Shown here piece by piece: positions 38,575 through 56,146 of a DNA stretch of 64,000 nt. Location: positions 1 to 64,000 of the forward strand of contig NIVC01003906.1 in the NCBI GenBank assembly GCA_002269645.1, in the 5' to 3' direction. A model generated the notes under the pieces. The model had not been told where the DNA came from and did no database searches. It saw only the letters and a program-made list of their open reading frames with translations. Numbering within the stretch: the first letter of the stretch is position 1; every line of letters begins with the position of its first letter. The DNA is from Macrostomum lignano (lineage: Eukaryota). A program made the translations under genes and the position numbers.

Positions 38575-41500
38575 GGTCGCGCTTCACAACCCGACTAGCC
38601 CAGCCATAGAGAAGGGTTGAGGATGCGTGTGGGCCCCGCAAGGCTGGGTGGGAATCGGGAAAAGGCGGCTAGGGTTTGGGGTGGCGGATTTAGCCTCTCG
38701 GATTCCCGCACCGGTGGCTGCGGCAGCAGACGGGAGGTGACGGGGGAAGGGGGGGGGGGTTGGAGCTGCGCGGCGCGGGCCAAGCAAGCAGGCAGGCAGG
38801 CAGGCAGGCAGGCGGGCAGGCCGTCAGAATTAATGGGCCGATCGAGCAGTTGCGGACGCGGCGGCGGCGGACCCAAGCGAGAGAAAAAAAAGCGAGAGGG
38901 ACAAGTCGGGGCCGTTGGGGGCGGGGACTGGGATAGGCAGGGCAGGCTGACTGCCTGGCTGGCGGCCGAGGCGAAGGGCCGGGCAGCGGGGCGGGAATTT
39001 GGCGCGCCATCGAGATTAGAGCGAAAGACGGCTTGAGGCTTAGGGGAGGGCAGATTGGGATTCTGGGCCTGGCAGGAGAGCGCAGCGTCTGCACCCCCCC
39101 CCCTGTGCGCCTTATCCACCGACCCGACGGGCCACCCACTCCAGATCCCCTTCAACTGCCCCCGGCCCTGAGGGCTCCCACACAAAGCAGCCTCTCCTCC
39201 CGAGTCCCGCCCCACCCAGAAAGATTTTGACGCGACCGCGCATAATTTGCGACTGGCTGACTTTGCGACTGGCAGAGAAAGAGAGAAATGACTTCTCGAA
39301 GCGGCGTTGGAGAACTGAGCGCCAAATTGTCGGTCAAGTCTCATTGGTGGTGATGGAACCCCGTTTCAATTTGACAAGCTCATGGCCTTTTCTCGCCTTA
39401 GCAAATCATTTATTGGTAAATTTCGAACGATTCTCCAGCGAGACGATCTGTGGTGACGTGTTCAAGTTTAATAGGCTGGCAACGCGCTTCGAGTGTTTTT
39501 TTTTGGGTGTATTAATTTAACTTCTGCTTACACACGGTGGCCTCCGAGTCCCAGAGCAGTGAGGAGGCCTGGAGACGGTGGGGTAGGGGGAAGATCAGAT
39601 CAGGCCCAGCGGGGGATGAGGGAGGATGGGATTGAGAGCGGATCTCCAAGGCCAGTGGGTCGAGTGTCTGCCTGTGTGGCGGGAGGGTTGGCGGCAGCAG
39701 CTGCTGCATGCGGGCTTCCGAGCGGGCGCGGCCGACTCTGCGGGGAGCAGCTGCGAAGCCCCGGCCACCGGCCCGACCTCTCGCAGTCGCTGAAGCAGCA
39801 AAGCATGGCAAAACCGGCAGTGACTGACTGACTGGCTGTAGGGGAAGGGGGCTGGCTAGATGGATTGGCGGCTCGAGTCCGTTGGCCACTCGCTGCGCAG
39901 AAACGAGCGCTCGCGACTGGCGCGCACACACCACAAGCAATGGTTTGCTTTAGCTCTAGCTAATCCGCAGCCCGGCCGCGCTTCTGGCTCAATTCATTCA
40001 TTCAACCTGTGATGTGGCGAGTGGCGAGCGAGCTAGCATGAGTGTGTGTGTGCGTGTGTGTGAGCGAGCGCCTGTGTCTGGCAGGCAGCCCTGCTAAGCC
40101 CCACGGCAGACGCAGAAGAAAGAAAGAAGGAAATAAACGGAAGGCAAGGCGGGACGCCGGAGAACAAGAAACGGCCGGAGCCGCGAGCTCTGGAGAGAGA
40201 GAGAGAGGATGACGCAGTCCCTCAGTCTGTCCTGCAGCTCCCTGCCCCAGCCTCCGCCTCATCACTAATTTATGGCAGCGGGTCTCAACGCGCTCAGCGA
40301 CTCGAACAGAGAGAGAGAGAGATCTAGAGGGGGAGAGAGAGGGCGGAAACTCAATCAATCCCGCCTCTGCCGCCGCTACTGAAGTCAGCGCGCAATCTTC
40401 TGACTTCCTCGCTCTCTTTTTCCCCTTTCATTGTTCCCAAATCTTTGCATGTCTGTTGGTTACTCTGTTTCTGGCAGAGAGAGAGAGAAATGTGTAAAAG
40501 CGATCGGATTTAGCAAAATGCCTAGTGTGAATCGCTCTCACTTGCAATATAGGAGAGGATTGAACGGCCAGAATTTACTCAGAGTAAGGCAAGCCCCAGG
40601 TTAAAGAGGAAAGGAGACACGCAAGCAGCTGCGCTTTGGTTTCGGCCTGCCCAATCTGCTCTCCTTAGTAGCTAAGCTATCCCTTCCTCTTCCGCACCAA
40701 GTAGCGCGCGCGCGTGGCCGCGGCCGGTCGCATCCCAGCGAGTCTCTGCAGCCTCCTTCCTCATCTAAAACATGCCCCCAATCTGCGCTCCCCCCGAGCG
40801 CTTTGTAAATCCCCTCTGCGTCTCAGCTCTGAGGAGAGAAGGCTTGAGGACGAACCCGTTGTTGGGCCAGGAGAAGTCTTCCTCTTCGTTCCCTATATTT
40901 TTTATCCCGCGGCAGCGGCAACGGCAGCGGCGGCGGCTGCGGCCACGGCGGGGTCGGCATGCGGGCCAGAGTCTCTTCTTCTCCATCATCTCGCCAGGGG
41001 GCGGGTGGATGGATGGGCCCCGCTTGCATATAGCCAGGGGTGACGGTTGCGGCGAAAGTAGGGACGGGGAGAAAAGAGAAGAGCACAAGAGAGAAGGCAT
41101 GGAGCGAGAGAGCCAGAGGGAGGAGGCAGGCAGGCAGGCAGCGAGGCAATTTTCAAGGAAGTGGAAGCGCGCCGAAAGACAGACAGGCCGCGAAAGGGGG
41201 GCGGGCGGGCGGCAGGGGAAACGCGACAGGACAGCAGCGGCAGCGGCAGCAGCAGTCGGTGAGAGGGGCAGGCGGGCAAGCAAGCAAAAGTAAAGAGAGC
41301 GCCAGTGCCGTGAGGCATGCAGCACAGCGGGAGGCAGGATATAGGAGCAATTGACCCGCGCAGACGCAATAGGGACTGGGGGGCTGCGAGAGCGCATCGC
41401 ATGCGGCCGAGAGGAGGCCGACCACTTCTTCTGCAAGGCCAAGTGGATTCTTTAGGGCGCGCGAGCGGGCGGGAGAGCGAGAGAGGAAGAGGAGAGGAGA

Positions 41501-41710
41501 GTGGCAGGAGACAGTCGCCCCCCCCCCGCTTCGGTGTGTGAGCACTCCGCTCTATGCCTATGCCTACTGTCTGCGTGTGCCGTGTGCTCTGCCGTTTGAT
41601 GACGTCGTTCAAAAATTGCAGAAACCCATTATTATTGAAATTTTTACTTTGATTTTTGTAAACCAGCGAATGTCTGTGCTATCAGTTACTTTCCTTTTTT
41701 AGTAGTATAG

Positions 41711-42425
41711 ACCAGTTCATTGATAGATTGATAACCTCACCAGTTCATTGATAGATTGATAACCTCACCAGTTCATTGATAGATTGATAACCTCACCAGT
41801 TCATTGATAGATTGATAACCTCACCAGTTCATTGATAAATTGATAACCTCACCAGTTCATTGATAGATTGATAACCTCACCAGTTCATTGATAGATTGAT
41901 AACCTCACCAGTTCATTGATAGATTGATAACCTAACCGGTTCATTAATAGGTTGATAACCTAATCAGTTCATTGATAGATTGATAACCTCACCAGTTCAT
42001 TGATAGATTGATAACCTCACCAGTTCATTGATAGATTTATAACCTAAACAGTTCATTGATAGATTGATAACCTAAACAGTTCATTGATAGATTGATAACC
42101 TAAACAGTTCATTGATAGATTGATAACCTCATCAGTTCATTGATAGATTGATAACCTAAACAGTTCATTGATAGATTGATAACCTAAACAGTTCATTGAT
42201 AGATTGATAACCTCACCAGTTCATTGATAGATTGATAACCTCACCAGTTCATTGATAGATTGATAACCTAAACAGTTCATTGATAGATTGATAACCTAAA
42301 CAGTTCATTGATAGATTGATAACCTAAACAGTTCATTGATAGATTGATAACCTAAACAGTTCATTGATAGATTGATAACCTAAACAGTTCATTGATAGAT
42401 TGATAACCTCATCAGTTCATTGATT
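41711..42425. repeat. 28-bp minisatellite, about 25 copies
   Basis: Unit ACCAGTTCATTGATAGATTGATAACCTC; variant blocks with CTAAA. Confidence 0.95.
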
Positions 42426-42643
42426 AACTGGCACAAGTGTTCGCTGCCAAGCTAAAAAACAGGTAAAAACGAGACTAAAAACGATTTCACAGCAAAATTT
42501 CGAATTATATTCGAAGATAACAATAAAAAAACATTAAACACATAATTTTGTATAATAATACTACTACTACTGACGGGGGGCGCAGGCGCCGCGAATAGGC
42601 CGCGAGGCCCCTATCGCAACCCCAAGGTAAAAGAGCACAAGGA

Positions 42644-47729
<5,086 letters not shown>

Positions 47730-48202
47730 TTAGCCAGCAGCCAACTACTTAGCAGCCACCTGCCCCGCAAAAAAGCAGCAGGGGGGATCCGTCCCCCACC
47801 AGCAGACCAAGACGAGGAAGCTAGCCGCTTCCACGCCAGGCCAGAACGAAAAGGAGGGGGAAGAGCCTCCTCGAAAAACGAAAAGCTGGCGGATGTCACA
47901 GAGTCCCTCGGTTTAAGTTGCCGTTTGCCCCCCTTGTATAATAATAAGGATACACAGTTTTAAATAATAGGAACGAGTTTCGAGAAATATTCATATTTAA
48001 TTTAGCCATAAAATTCTGCAAAACAAATGAAGTTAAGATACAAGACCATGGCATGGCACATAGCAAAAATGGAACAACAATAATGTAAGTTACAATAATA
48101 AATGTATATATAATTCTAAAACATGATAAATACAGAAAATGGCGCTTAGTACAAAGTGACATTCTGGGTGTTACTTTTGTTACTGAAGAAAGTGCATTAT
48201 CT

Positions 48203-48705
48203 ACCGCCACTGCCAGCTCACACCTGAGCCCTCTGTGGCGCCACTGCCAGCCCACACCTGTGCTTTCCTGTGGCGCCACTGCCAGCTCACACCTGAGCCC
48301 TCTGTGGCGCCACTGCCAGCCCACACCTGAGCTTTCCTGTGGCGCCACTGCCAGCTCACACCTGAGCCCTCTGTGGCGCCACTGCCAGCCCACACCTGAG
48401 CTTTCCTGTGGCGCCACTGCCAGCTCACACCTGAGCCCTCTGTAGCGCCACTGCCAGCCCACACCTGTGCCCTCTGTGGCGCCACTGCCAGCCCACACCT
48501 GAGCCCTCTGTGGCGCCACTGCCAGCCCACACCTGAGCCCTCTGTGGCGCCACTGCCAGCCCACACCTGAGCCCTCTGTAGCGCCACTGCCAGCCCACAC
48601 CTGTGCCCTCTGTGGCGCCACTGCCAGCCCACACCTGAGCCCTCTGTGGCGCCACTGCCAGCCCACACCTGAGCCCTCTGTGGCGCCACTGCCAGCCCAC
48701 CTGCC
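48203..48705. repeat. 34-bp minisatellite
   Basis: Unit CTGTGGCGCCACTGCCAGCCCACACCTGAGCCCT. Confidence 0.95.
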
Positions 48706-49241
48706 TCTAAGCTAAAATCTGAGAGCATTAGCTTGCAGATAAGATCAAATCTAATTAACGCACAGCCGCGCACCTGATACAAGCCACCTGTCCCAGGCTC
48801 CAACTGGGAATTATGGTACCACCCCAACACTCCTAACCCTTAACACTTTTTATTACTTAAGCCAGACGGAACCAGCAGCACAGATTTAATTTCACACACA
48901 ACCGCTGCGTCCCACAAGGAAACCGCGGAAACCAAAAACCTGGAGATTTAAACTATTCCGGAAACCCCTATTTTTGAGACAGGAGCAGGCCTAGTGGCTG
49001 ATATGGTGTGGCTGTTTCATAATACCTAAACATCGCTTAAAAGCCTCAAACATCCAGTTTCATAACACCCAGGTAAGATGCAAAGAAGAGATTTGGTCAA
49101 TTGCAAAGAAAGCATTGCAGACGGGACACATTGAACTGTTTATTGCTGGTTCAGTCTTACAATGCTTTTACAACTGAAGAAGCAAAGGACGCCAGTTTGC
49201 GTTTGACCCCTGCTTCGACTGTTTTTCCTCATACGCTCGTA

Positions 49242-49445
49242 TCACAAGAACGGATTGTGATTCGACAGCTGCGGAGGTGCCGGCTGCGGCGACGCAATGA
49301 ACGGATTGTTGGAAGCTAAAATTGTTGCGCAAAATCAAAGCACGCTATATATACTACTGGCGATTTGATAGTAGTCTGTTAATATTAGTAGGATATATAT
49401 ACATGTACGCAAAAATATTTGGATTGATTAGTTGGTTAGTTAGTC

Positions 49446-49499
<54 letters not shown>

Positions 49500-50537
49500 C
49501 TAGTTAGTTAGCTAGTTAGTTAGTTAGTTAGTTAGTTAGCTAGTTAGCTAGTTAGTTAGTTAGTTAGTTAGCTAGTTAGTTATTTAGTTAGTTAGTTAGT
49601 TAGTTAGTTAGCTAGTTAGTTAGTTAGATAGTTAGTTAGCTAGTTAGTTAGTTAGTTAGTTAGTTAGATAGTTAGTTAGCTAGTTAGATAGCTAGCTAGC
49701 AGTCATGCCGATTCCACTGACTCTGGCCTGAGCACGCACAGAAGGTTGGCCGCTTTCTCATCGTCGTCAGCATGTACACTCTGTAGGCCGTGTAGGGGGC
49801 TTGGCCCTCATAGGCTGAGATGGCACGACAAGCTACCAGGCCCATGCTCAGTAAGAGTCGCAAATGAATGAGCCCGCTCGCGGAATCGAACCAGGGGACC
49901 AAAGCTCCAGAGCTCCAATGCTTGAAATTCGTGCAGGTGAAAAACGATGGGCCGGGGGAGGGGGGCTTGGCGAAATGTTTGACAGCGGCGGCGGGGCTCG
50001 AGGGGAAATGATGAACTGGAATGGAGGGATGATAGAATGAAAAAACAGCGCGGGACCGAATCGAGCCCTTGTTGGATTGGGGGAGCAAAATCCTGACAGG
50101 CTCGACCCGTGTGGCCAAGGGAAAAGTAGATAGGGACTGGGGACGCGCGCGGGATATTTCCCTCTGCCACCTCCCCGCCGCCCAAAACTTGCACAGCGAG
50201 TTGAGCCGGTCTGGTCATTGATAAAATTGATCTCCCCGGGATAGCGGTCGAGGGAGAAGAGTCGGGGGATCGATGCTGGCTAACTTTTTTAGTCCGAATC
50301 TGGTTTGGTAGGCTCGGCATCAGAGCAGAATTTCTCAGTCAGCCAGTTTGACCATTAAAAAGTCTGGACCGCTGTACAACGATCCTGTATCCGTGCGGTT
50401 CCGTGTGGTCTGCGCGCTCAGGCGTCAGCGGAATGAGCATGACTGCTTGCCTCCTAGCTGACTGCTGGTGTACTGACGCCTTGATTGCGTGCGTCAGTGC
50501 TCACAGCACCGAAACTAACTTACTAACTGACTAACTG

Positions 50538-50588
<51 letters not shown>

Positions 50589-50589
50589 G

Positions 50590-50632
<43 letters not shown>

Positions 50633-50633
50633 G

Positions 50634-50682
<49 letters not shown>

Positions 50683-50693
50683 TTAACTCACTG

Positions 50694-50734
<41 letters not shown>

Positions 50735-51116
50735 TTAACTCACTGACTAACTAACTAACTTAAATAACTAACTGACTATTTAACTAACTAACTAACTAAC
50801 TAACTGACTAACTAACTAACTAACTAACTGACTAACTAACTAACTAACTGACTAACTAACTGACTAACTAACTTACTAACTGACTAACTAACTAACTTAA
50901 ATAACTAACTGACTATTTAACTAACTAACTAACTAACTAACTAACTGACGAACTAACTGACTAACTAACTTACTAACTGACTAACTAACTAACTTAAATA
51001 ACTAACTGACTATTTAACTAACTAACTAACTAAGTAACTAACTGACTAACTAACTAACTAACTAACTGACTAACTAACTAACTAACTGACTAACTAACTA
51101 ACTAACTAACTAACTG

Positions 51117-51167
<51 letters not shown>

Positions 51168-51168
51168 G

Positions 51169-51207
<39 letters not shown>

Positions 51208-51258
51208 TAACTAACTAACTGACTAACTAACTAACTAACTAACTTAACTAACTAACTG

Positions 51259-51309
<51 letters not shown>

Positions 51310-51323
51310 TAACTAACTAACTG

Positions 51324-51360
<37 letters not shown>

Positions 51361-54300
51361 ACTAACTAACTAACTAACTAACTAACTTACTTAACTAACT
51401 TAACTAACTAACTGACTAACTAACTAATTAACTAACAAACAAACAAACAAACAAACAAACAAACAAACAAATTAATTAACGAACTAACCAACTGACTAAC
51501 TAAATAACTAAAACAAACGAAGATAAATACTTCATAGACTCAAGCACTAATCTGAGTTGCAAGCAACCAGCAAATCTCACCAATTAAACTAGTTGAAGGC
51601 GCATTAACAGCAAGTCCTGTCGATGCTGCACTGTGTGGTTCACTGGTTACCAATGGAGGCAGGGCAACTGTGGTAGCCCAAGGGTCGCCGAATCCCAGGC
51701 CCGCTGAGAAATATAAATAGATAATGTTTCGTATGACAAGTGCATTCTACATATCGGAAACAAAAAAGACCGTACACCAATGAAAAGTCTATCAACCTTA
51801 AACATACTACTTACATGTCCCAATTTGCGCACCGAACGGACTCGAGTTCCACGGCTCGAATGAGTCTGCAATTTGAAGACAGAATGGACTAGTGGACACT
51901 TTAAATCTTTTAAGGCTATGATTCAAGCATAATCACTGTGCTTGATGAACAAAATTGGCTCTCTAGACTTTGAAAAAACTGGCGCCACTTTGAAGACACT
52001 AGCGCCATTTTTGAAGACACTAGCGCCATTTTTAAAGATATTAGCGCCATTTTTAAAGACACTAGCGCCATTTACGAAGACACTAGCGCCATTTTTGAAG
52101 ACACTAGTGCCATTTTTAAAGACACAAGCGCCGTTTTTGAAAACACTAGCGCCAATTTTAAGACACTAGCGCCATTTTTGAAGACACTAGCGCCATTTTT
52201 AAAGACATTAGCGCCATTTTTGAAGACACTAGCGCCATTTTTAAGACATTAGCGCCATTTTTGAATACATTAGCACCATTTTTGTAAACACTAGCGCCAT
52301 TTTTTAAGACATTAGCACCATTTTTAAAGACACTAGCGCCATTTTTGAAGACACTAGCGCCATTTTTTTAGACATTAGCGCCATTTTTGAAGACACTAGC
52401 GCCATTTTTGAAGACACTAGCGCCATTTTTAAGACATTAGCGCCATTTTTAAAGACATTAGCGCCATTTTTGAAGACACTAGCGCCATTTTTGAAGACAC
52501 TAGCGCCATTTTTCAGACATTAGCGCCATTTTTCAAGACATTAGCGCCATTTTTAAAGACATTAGCGCCATTTTTGAAGACATTAGCACCATTTTTGAAG
52601 ACACTAGCGCCATTTTTGAAGACACTAGCGCCATTTTTAAAGACATTAGCACAATTTTTAAGAAACTAGCGCCATTTTTGAAGACACTAGCGCCAGTTTT
52701 GAAGACACTAGCGCCATTTTTTGAAGACACTATCGCCATTTCTAAGAAACTAGCGCCATTTTTAAAGACACTAGCGCCATTTTTGAAGACATTAGCGCCA
52801 TTTTTGAAAACACTAGCCACTGAAAATGCCTAGCAACTCACCAGCGCACAAATCTGGAGGCTCTGGTGGCAATTCAGCGGTGTCGCAGTCAGGTCTGGAA
52901 GTGGCACCAACATTAGAGGCTGAGCCGATGCCCTCGAAGGCTGATGCTGACCAAGGATCTGGCGCGTTGGCTGGCGCGGCCGAGAGCGACACGTCGATTT
53001 GGCTCAGGTAGTCCACCTGGTTAATTGACATTTTAATAAGCGAGACATGCTACTTATTAGTAATATTAATTTAACGAAGTTTTTAGTAAATAACACAAAA
53101 AACATGTTTACACACATTGAAATGTGTTAGAAAAGTCTACAAGTAACTTAAACGCGCCCTAGACGCTAAAAGTTGCGCTTCATTAGCCCTACAATAAGCG
53201 AGCAAAACTAGTGAGAAAAAATGGCAACCATATAATAAAACCATAAGCTTACATCTTGCTGCTGCTGTTTTGTGTTGGAATTTTCGCCTCTTTCGCGTCT
53301 CTGAAATAATTTACCAAAGAAATTTATTCTATATTAAGCCAAATTAAAGTCACTCTGATTAAACAAATTCACACAGGTGACAATTAATTGAAAACAGCAA
53401 ATCATTAATAAAATATTGACAATATGAATTATAATACCCTGAAATAGACAAGACATGCGTACAAGTGATACAGAAATTCAGATTATTATATCCAATACAA
53501 AATTTGTTGTTTGGAATAACATCTACAACTTGCATGCAAGTGGCAGGAGTCTTATCAATAAATTATCCGAATTTTTCTTAAAGCAAGCATTACCGCATCA
53601 GTGCAGCAACCAACTGTGAAAGATGCTTTATGCAGGATTACAATTGCGAAATCCGGAAACAGTCTTCAATACTGCTGGAGTAAGTTAGGAGATAGCAAGT
53701 GGGTGGAGAGGCAGGAAGTGAGGTGGCTGAGGGGATGGGTGGGGAGGGGCAGGGAGTGAGATGGCTGCGGGGATGGGTAGGGAGGGGCAGGGAGTGAGGT
53801 GGCTGCGGGGATGGGTGTGGAGGGGTAGGAGTGAGGTGGCTGCGGGGATGGGTGGGGAGGGGCATGGAGTGAGGTGGCTGCAAGGATGGGTGGGGAGGGG
53901 CAGGGAGTAAGGTGGCTGCGGGGAAGTGGTGTGGAGAGGCAGGGAGTGAGGTGGCTTCAGGGTTAGGTGGATCTGTAGCGTACAGTGAATAAAATCCAGT
54001 GAAACGGACAAAACTGACACGATACAGACAATAAAATCTTCAATAAAACCTAATTGAAGATGCAAAGCGGTTACTGTATTTTGAATATTTTAAAATCTGA
54101 AACTTTTTAAATGTCTACAGATGTTAAAATTTGAAAAATGTCAGAACAAAGCAGAGTGATTAGTGCACTGTACACAAGGCAGAGGACTTACTACTCCTGT
54201 AGAATTGAGCGGCGGCGGCATGCGAAGTGGCGCTAAAGTCTAGAAGAAATAAATTCAAATTTTTACTGTGCAAAAATATTCTATCGCGCAAATATTAAAT

Positions 54301-56146
54301 AATAGTACTATCAGTAGAGAGGCCATAAAACAATAAAACCATTGGAATACAAAAACTGTAAAAAATATAATCATAGACAATAGACAAGTTACAATAACTT
54401 CGCACCTCTTCTTCCAGTCTGCTTGCCTCAAGTACGCTCTGTAGTCGAAGCTCCTCGCGTTGTTGCTCTTCCTGGCGTAAATTGTACTCTTCGCGCGATA
54501 CTTGCAAAGCTATTTCTAATTCTAAGTCGGCATCGATTGCGTCATCTGGAGCGGCAGGCAGAGGCTGCTTTGATTCCGCCTGCGGTGGCTGCTGCGACTG
54601 TCGCGGCGGTGAGTACGGAATATCTCGACTGTCGCCTCGCATTCTATTTTTAGCTTTGATAGCGCTGGCCCGTTCGGATTTTAATCGGTCGGGATCTTCT
54701 AAGAGGGCTATTAGCTTTGTAGCTTTGTCGCGAATGCTCTGAGCCGGATCTCTAGAAAGGACGGACGAATGAAGAAAAGTTGAGTAGGTGGTTTGGCTGA
54801 TGTAAAATTGACGTCTTATGGCTAGGCCGGTGTAGGATAGAGGGTTGCGGACTGGGGCAAGGGAAGGAGTGAGGTGGCTGCAAGATTGAGGGGTTGCAGA
54901 CTGGGGCAGGGAAGGAGTGAGGTGGCTGCAGGATTGAGGGGTTGCGGACTGGCCCAAGGGAAGGAGTGAGGTGGCTGCAGGATTGAGGGGTTGCAGACTG
55001 GGGCAGGGAAGGAGTGAGGTGGCTGCAGGATTGAGGGATTGCGGACTGGGGCAAGGGAAGGAGTGAGGTGGCTGCAGGATTGAGGGGTTGCAGACTGGGG
55101 CAGGGAAGGAGTGAGTGGCTGCAGGATTGAGGGGTTGCGGACTGGGGCAAGGGAAGGAGTGAGATGGCTGCAGGATTGAAGGGTTGCAGACTGGGGCAGG
55201 GAAGGAGTGAGTGGCTGCAGGATTGAGGGGTTGCGGACTGGGGCAAGGGAAGGAGTGAGGTGGCTGCAGGATTGAGGGGTTGCAGACTGGGGCAGGGAAG
55301 GAGTGAGGTGGCTGCAGGATTGAGGGGTTGCGGACTGGGGCAAGGGAAGGAGTGAGGTGGCTGCAGGATTGAGGGGTTGTGGATTGGGCCAAGGGAAGGA
55401 GTGAGGTGGCTGCAGGATTGAGGGGTTGCAGACTGGGGCAGGGAAGGAATGAGGTGGCTGCAGGATTGAGGGCTTGTGGACTGGCCCAAGGGAAGGAGTG
55501 AGGTGGCTGCAGGATGGGGATGCGGACTGGGGTAAGGGAGTGAGGTGTTGGTAAGATTGAGGGGTTGCGGACTGGGGTAAGGGAAGGAGTGAGGTGGCTG
55601 CAGGAGGGGTTGAGGACTGGGGTAAGGGAGTGAGGTGGCTGCAGAATTGGGGGGTTGCGGACTGTGGCAGGGAAGTTGTGAGGTGTCTGCAGGATTGAGG
55701 GGTTGCGGCCTGGGGCAGGGAATGGGGTGGCTGCAGATTGAACCCAATGCAAGAAAATGTATTACATGGCGAATAGAGAAGAATTTGCAATATTATTATA
55801 ATTACCTCTCTTCAGAAGGGTACTCAAAGCTTGTCAGCAGCCGAAGTGTAGAGACATTCTCTCGGCACTGCCAGGCAACCTTCTCGCTGCCAGTCTTCAC
55901 TAGATACTCCATCAGTACAAGGCCTTTGCAGATATGACGCCAATGCTTGGCTTTGTCTGCTAGGCGCTTCCACAGCATGGACATGATCTCAGAAAATGCT
56001 TGACTATTATAAGTCATATCTGATATTTCTGACATAAGAGCACCAGAGGGACCCCAAGGGTCATTTGAGGTGGCTTTGCGCACCTTCACCTGGGCATCAG
56101 AGTAGTTATGCACAACATTCTTTAGGTTGCGTCGCAGGGTAGTCAT
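49242..56146 (-). CDS. EPN: Epsin (ENTH, UIMs, DPW and NPF motifs); exons 56146..55806, 54751..54406, 54239..54192, 53300..53253, 53016..52842, 51703..51581, 49315..49242
   Basis: ENTH (NYSDAQVKVRKATSNDPWGP..WRHICKGLVLMEYLVKTGSE); UIM-like DLELEIALQVSREE and LQSVLEASRLEE; two DPW; last exon SNNPF..NHNPFL-stop. Splice phases are consistent; the two 48-nt exons are less certain. Confidence 0.88.
49428..49697. repeat. (TTAG)n microsatellite in an epsin intron
   Basis: Direct reading. Confidence 0.95.
49697..49930 (-). mobile_element. tRNA-derived SINE, second family, copy 2
   Basis: B-box GGTTCGATTCC at about 49880-49892; body is homologous to 11300-11532. Confidence 0.55.
50513..51510. repeat. 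(CTAA)n microsatellite of about 1 kb in an epsin intron
   Basis: Direct reading; reverse complement of the (TTAG)n tract at 49428. Confidence 0.95.
51975..52815. repeat. 21-bp minisatellite in an epsin intron
   Basis: Unit GACACTAGCGCCATTTTTGAA. Confidence 0.95.
53690..53965. repeat. G-rich minisatellite with GAGTGAGGTGGCTGC core
   Basis: About 7 copies; same core as 54845-55735. Confidence 0.9.
54845..55735. repeat. 48-bp G-rich minisatellite in epsin intron 1
   Basis: Unit GGCAGGGAAGGAGTGAGGTGGCTGCAGGATTGAGGGGTTGCAGACTGG. Confidence 0.95.

Noticed and set aside
41711-42425. CRISPR-like regular repeats (also 13120-13812, 22935-23440, 36575-37187)
   Set aside because: Head-to-tail units without unique spacers, no cas genes, and a eukaryotic context.
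49428-51510. Telomere-like repeat
   Set aside because: The unit is TTAG, not TTAGG or TTAGGG, and it is intronic.
54752-55790. Long P/S/Q-rich ORFs, including most of 54295..55752
   Set aside because: 48-bp intronic satellite; only 54751-54406 is epsin exon.
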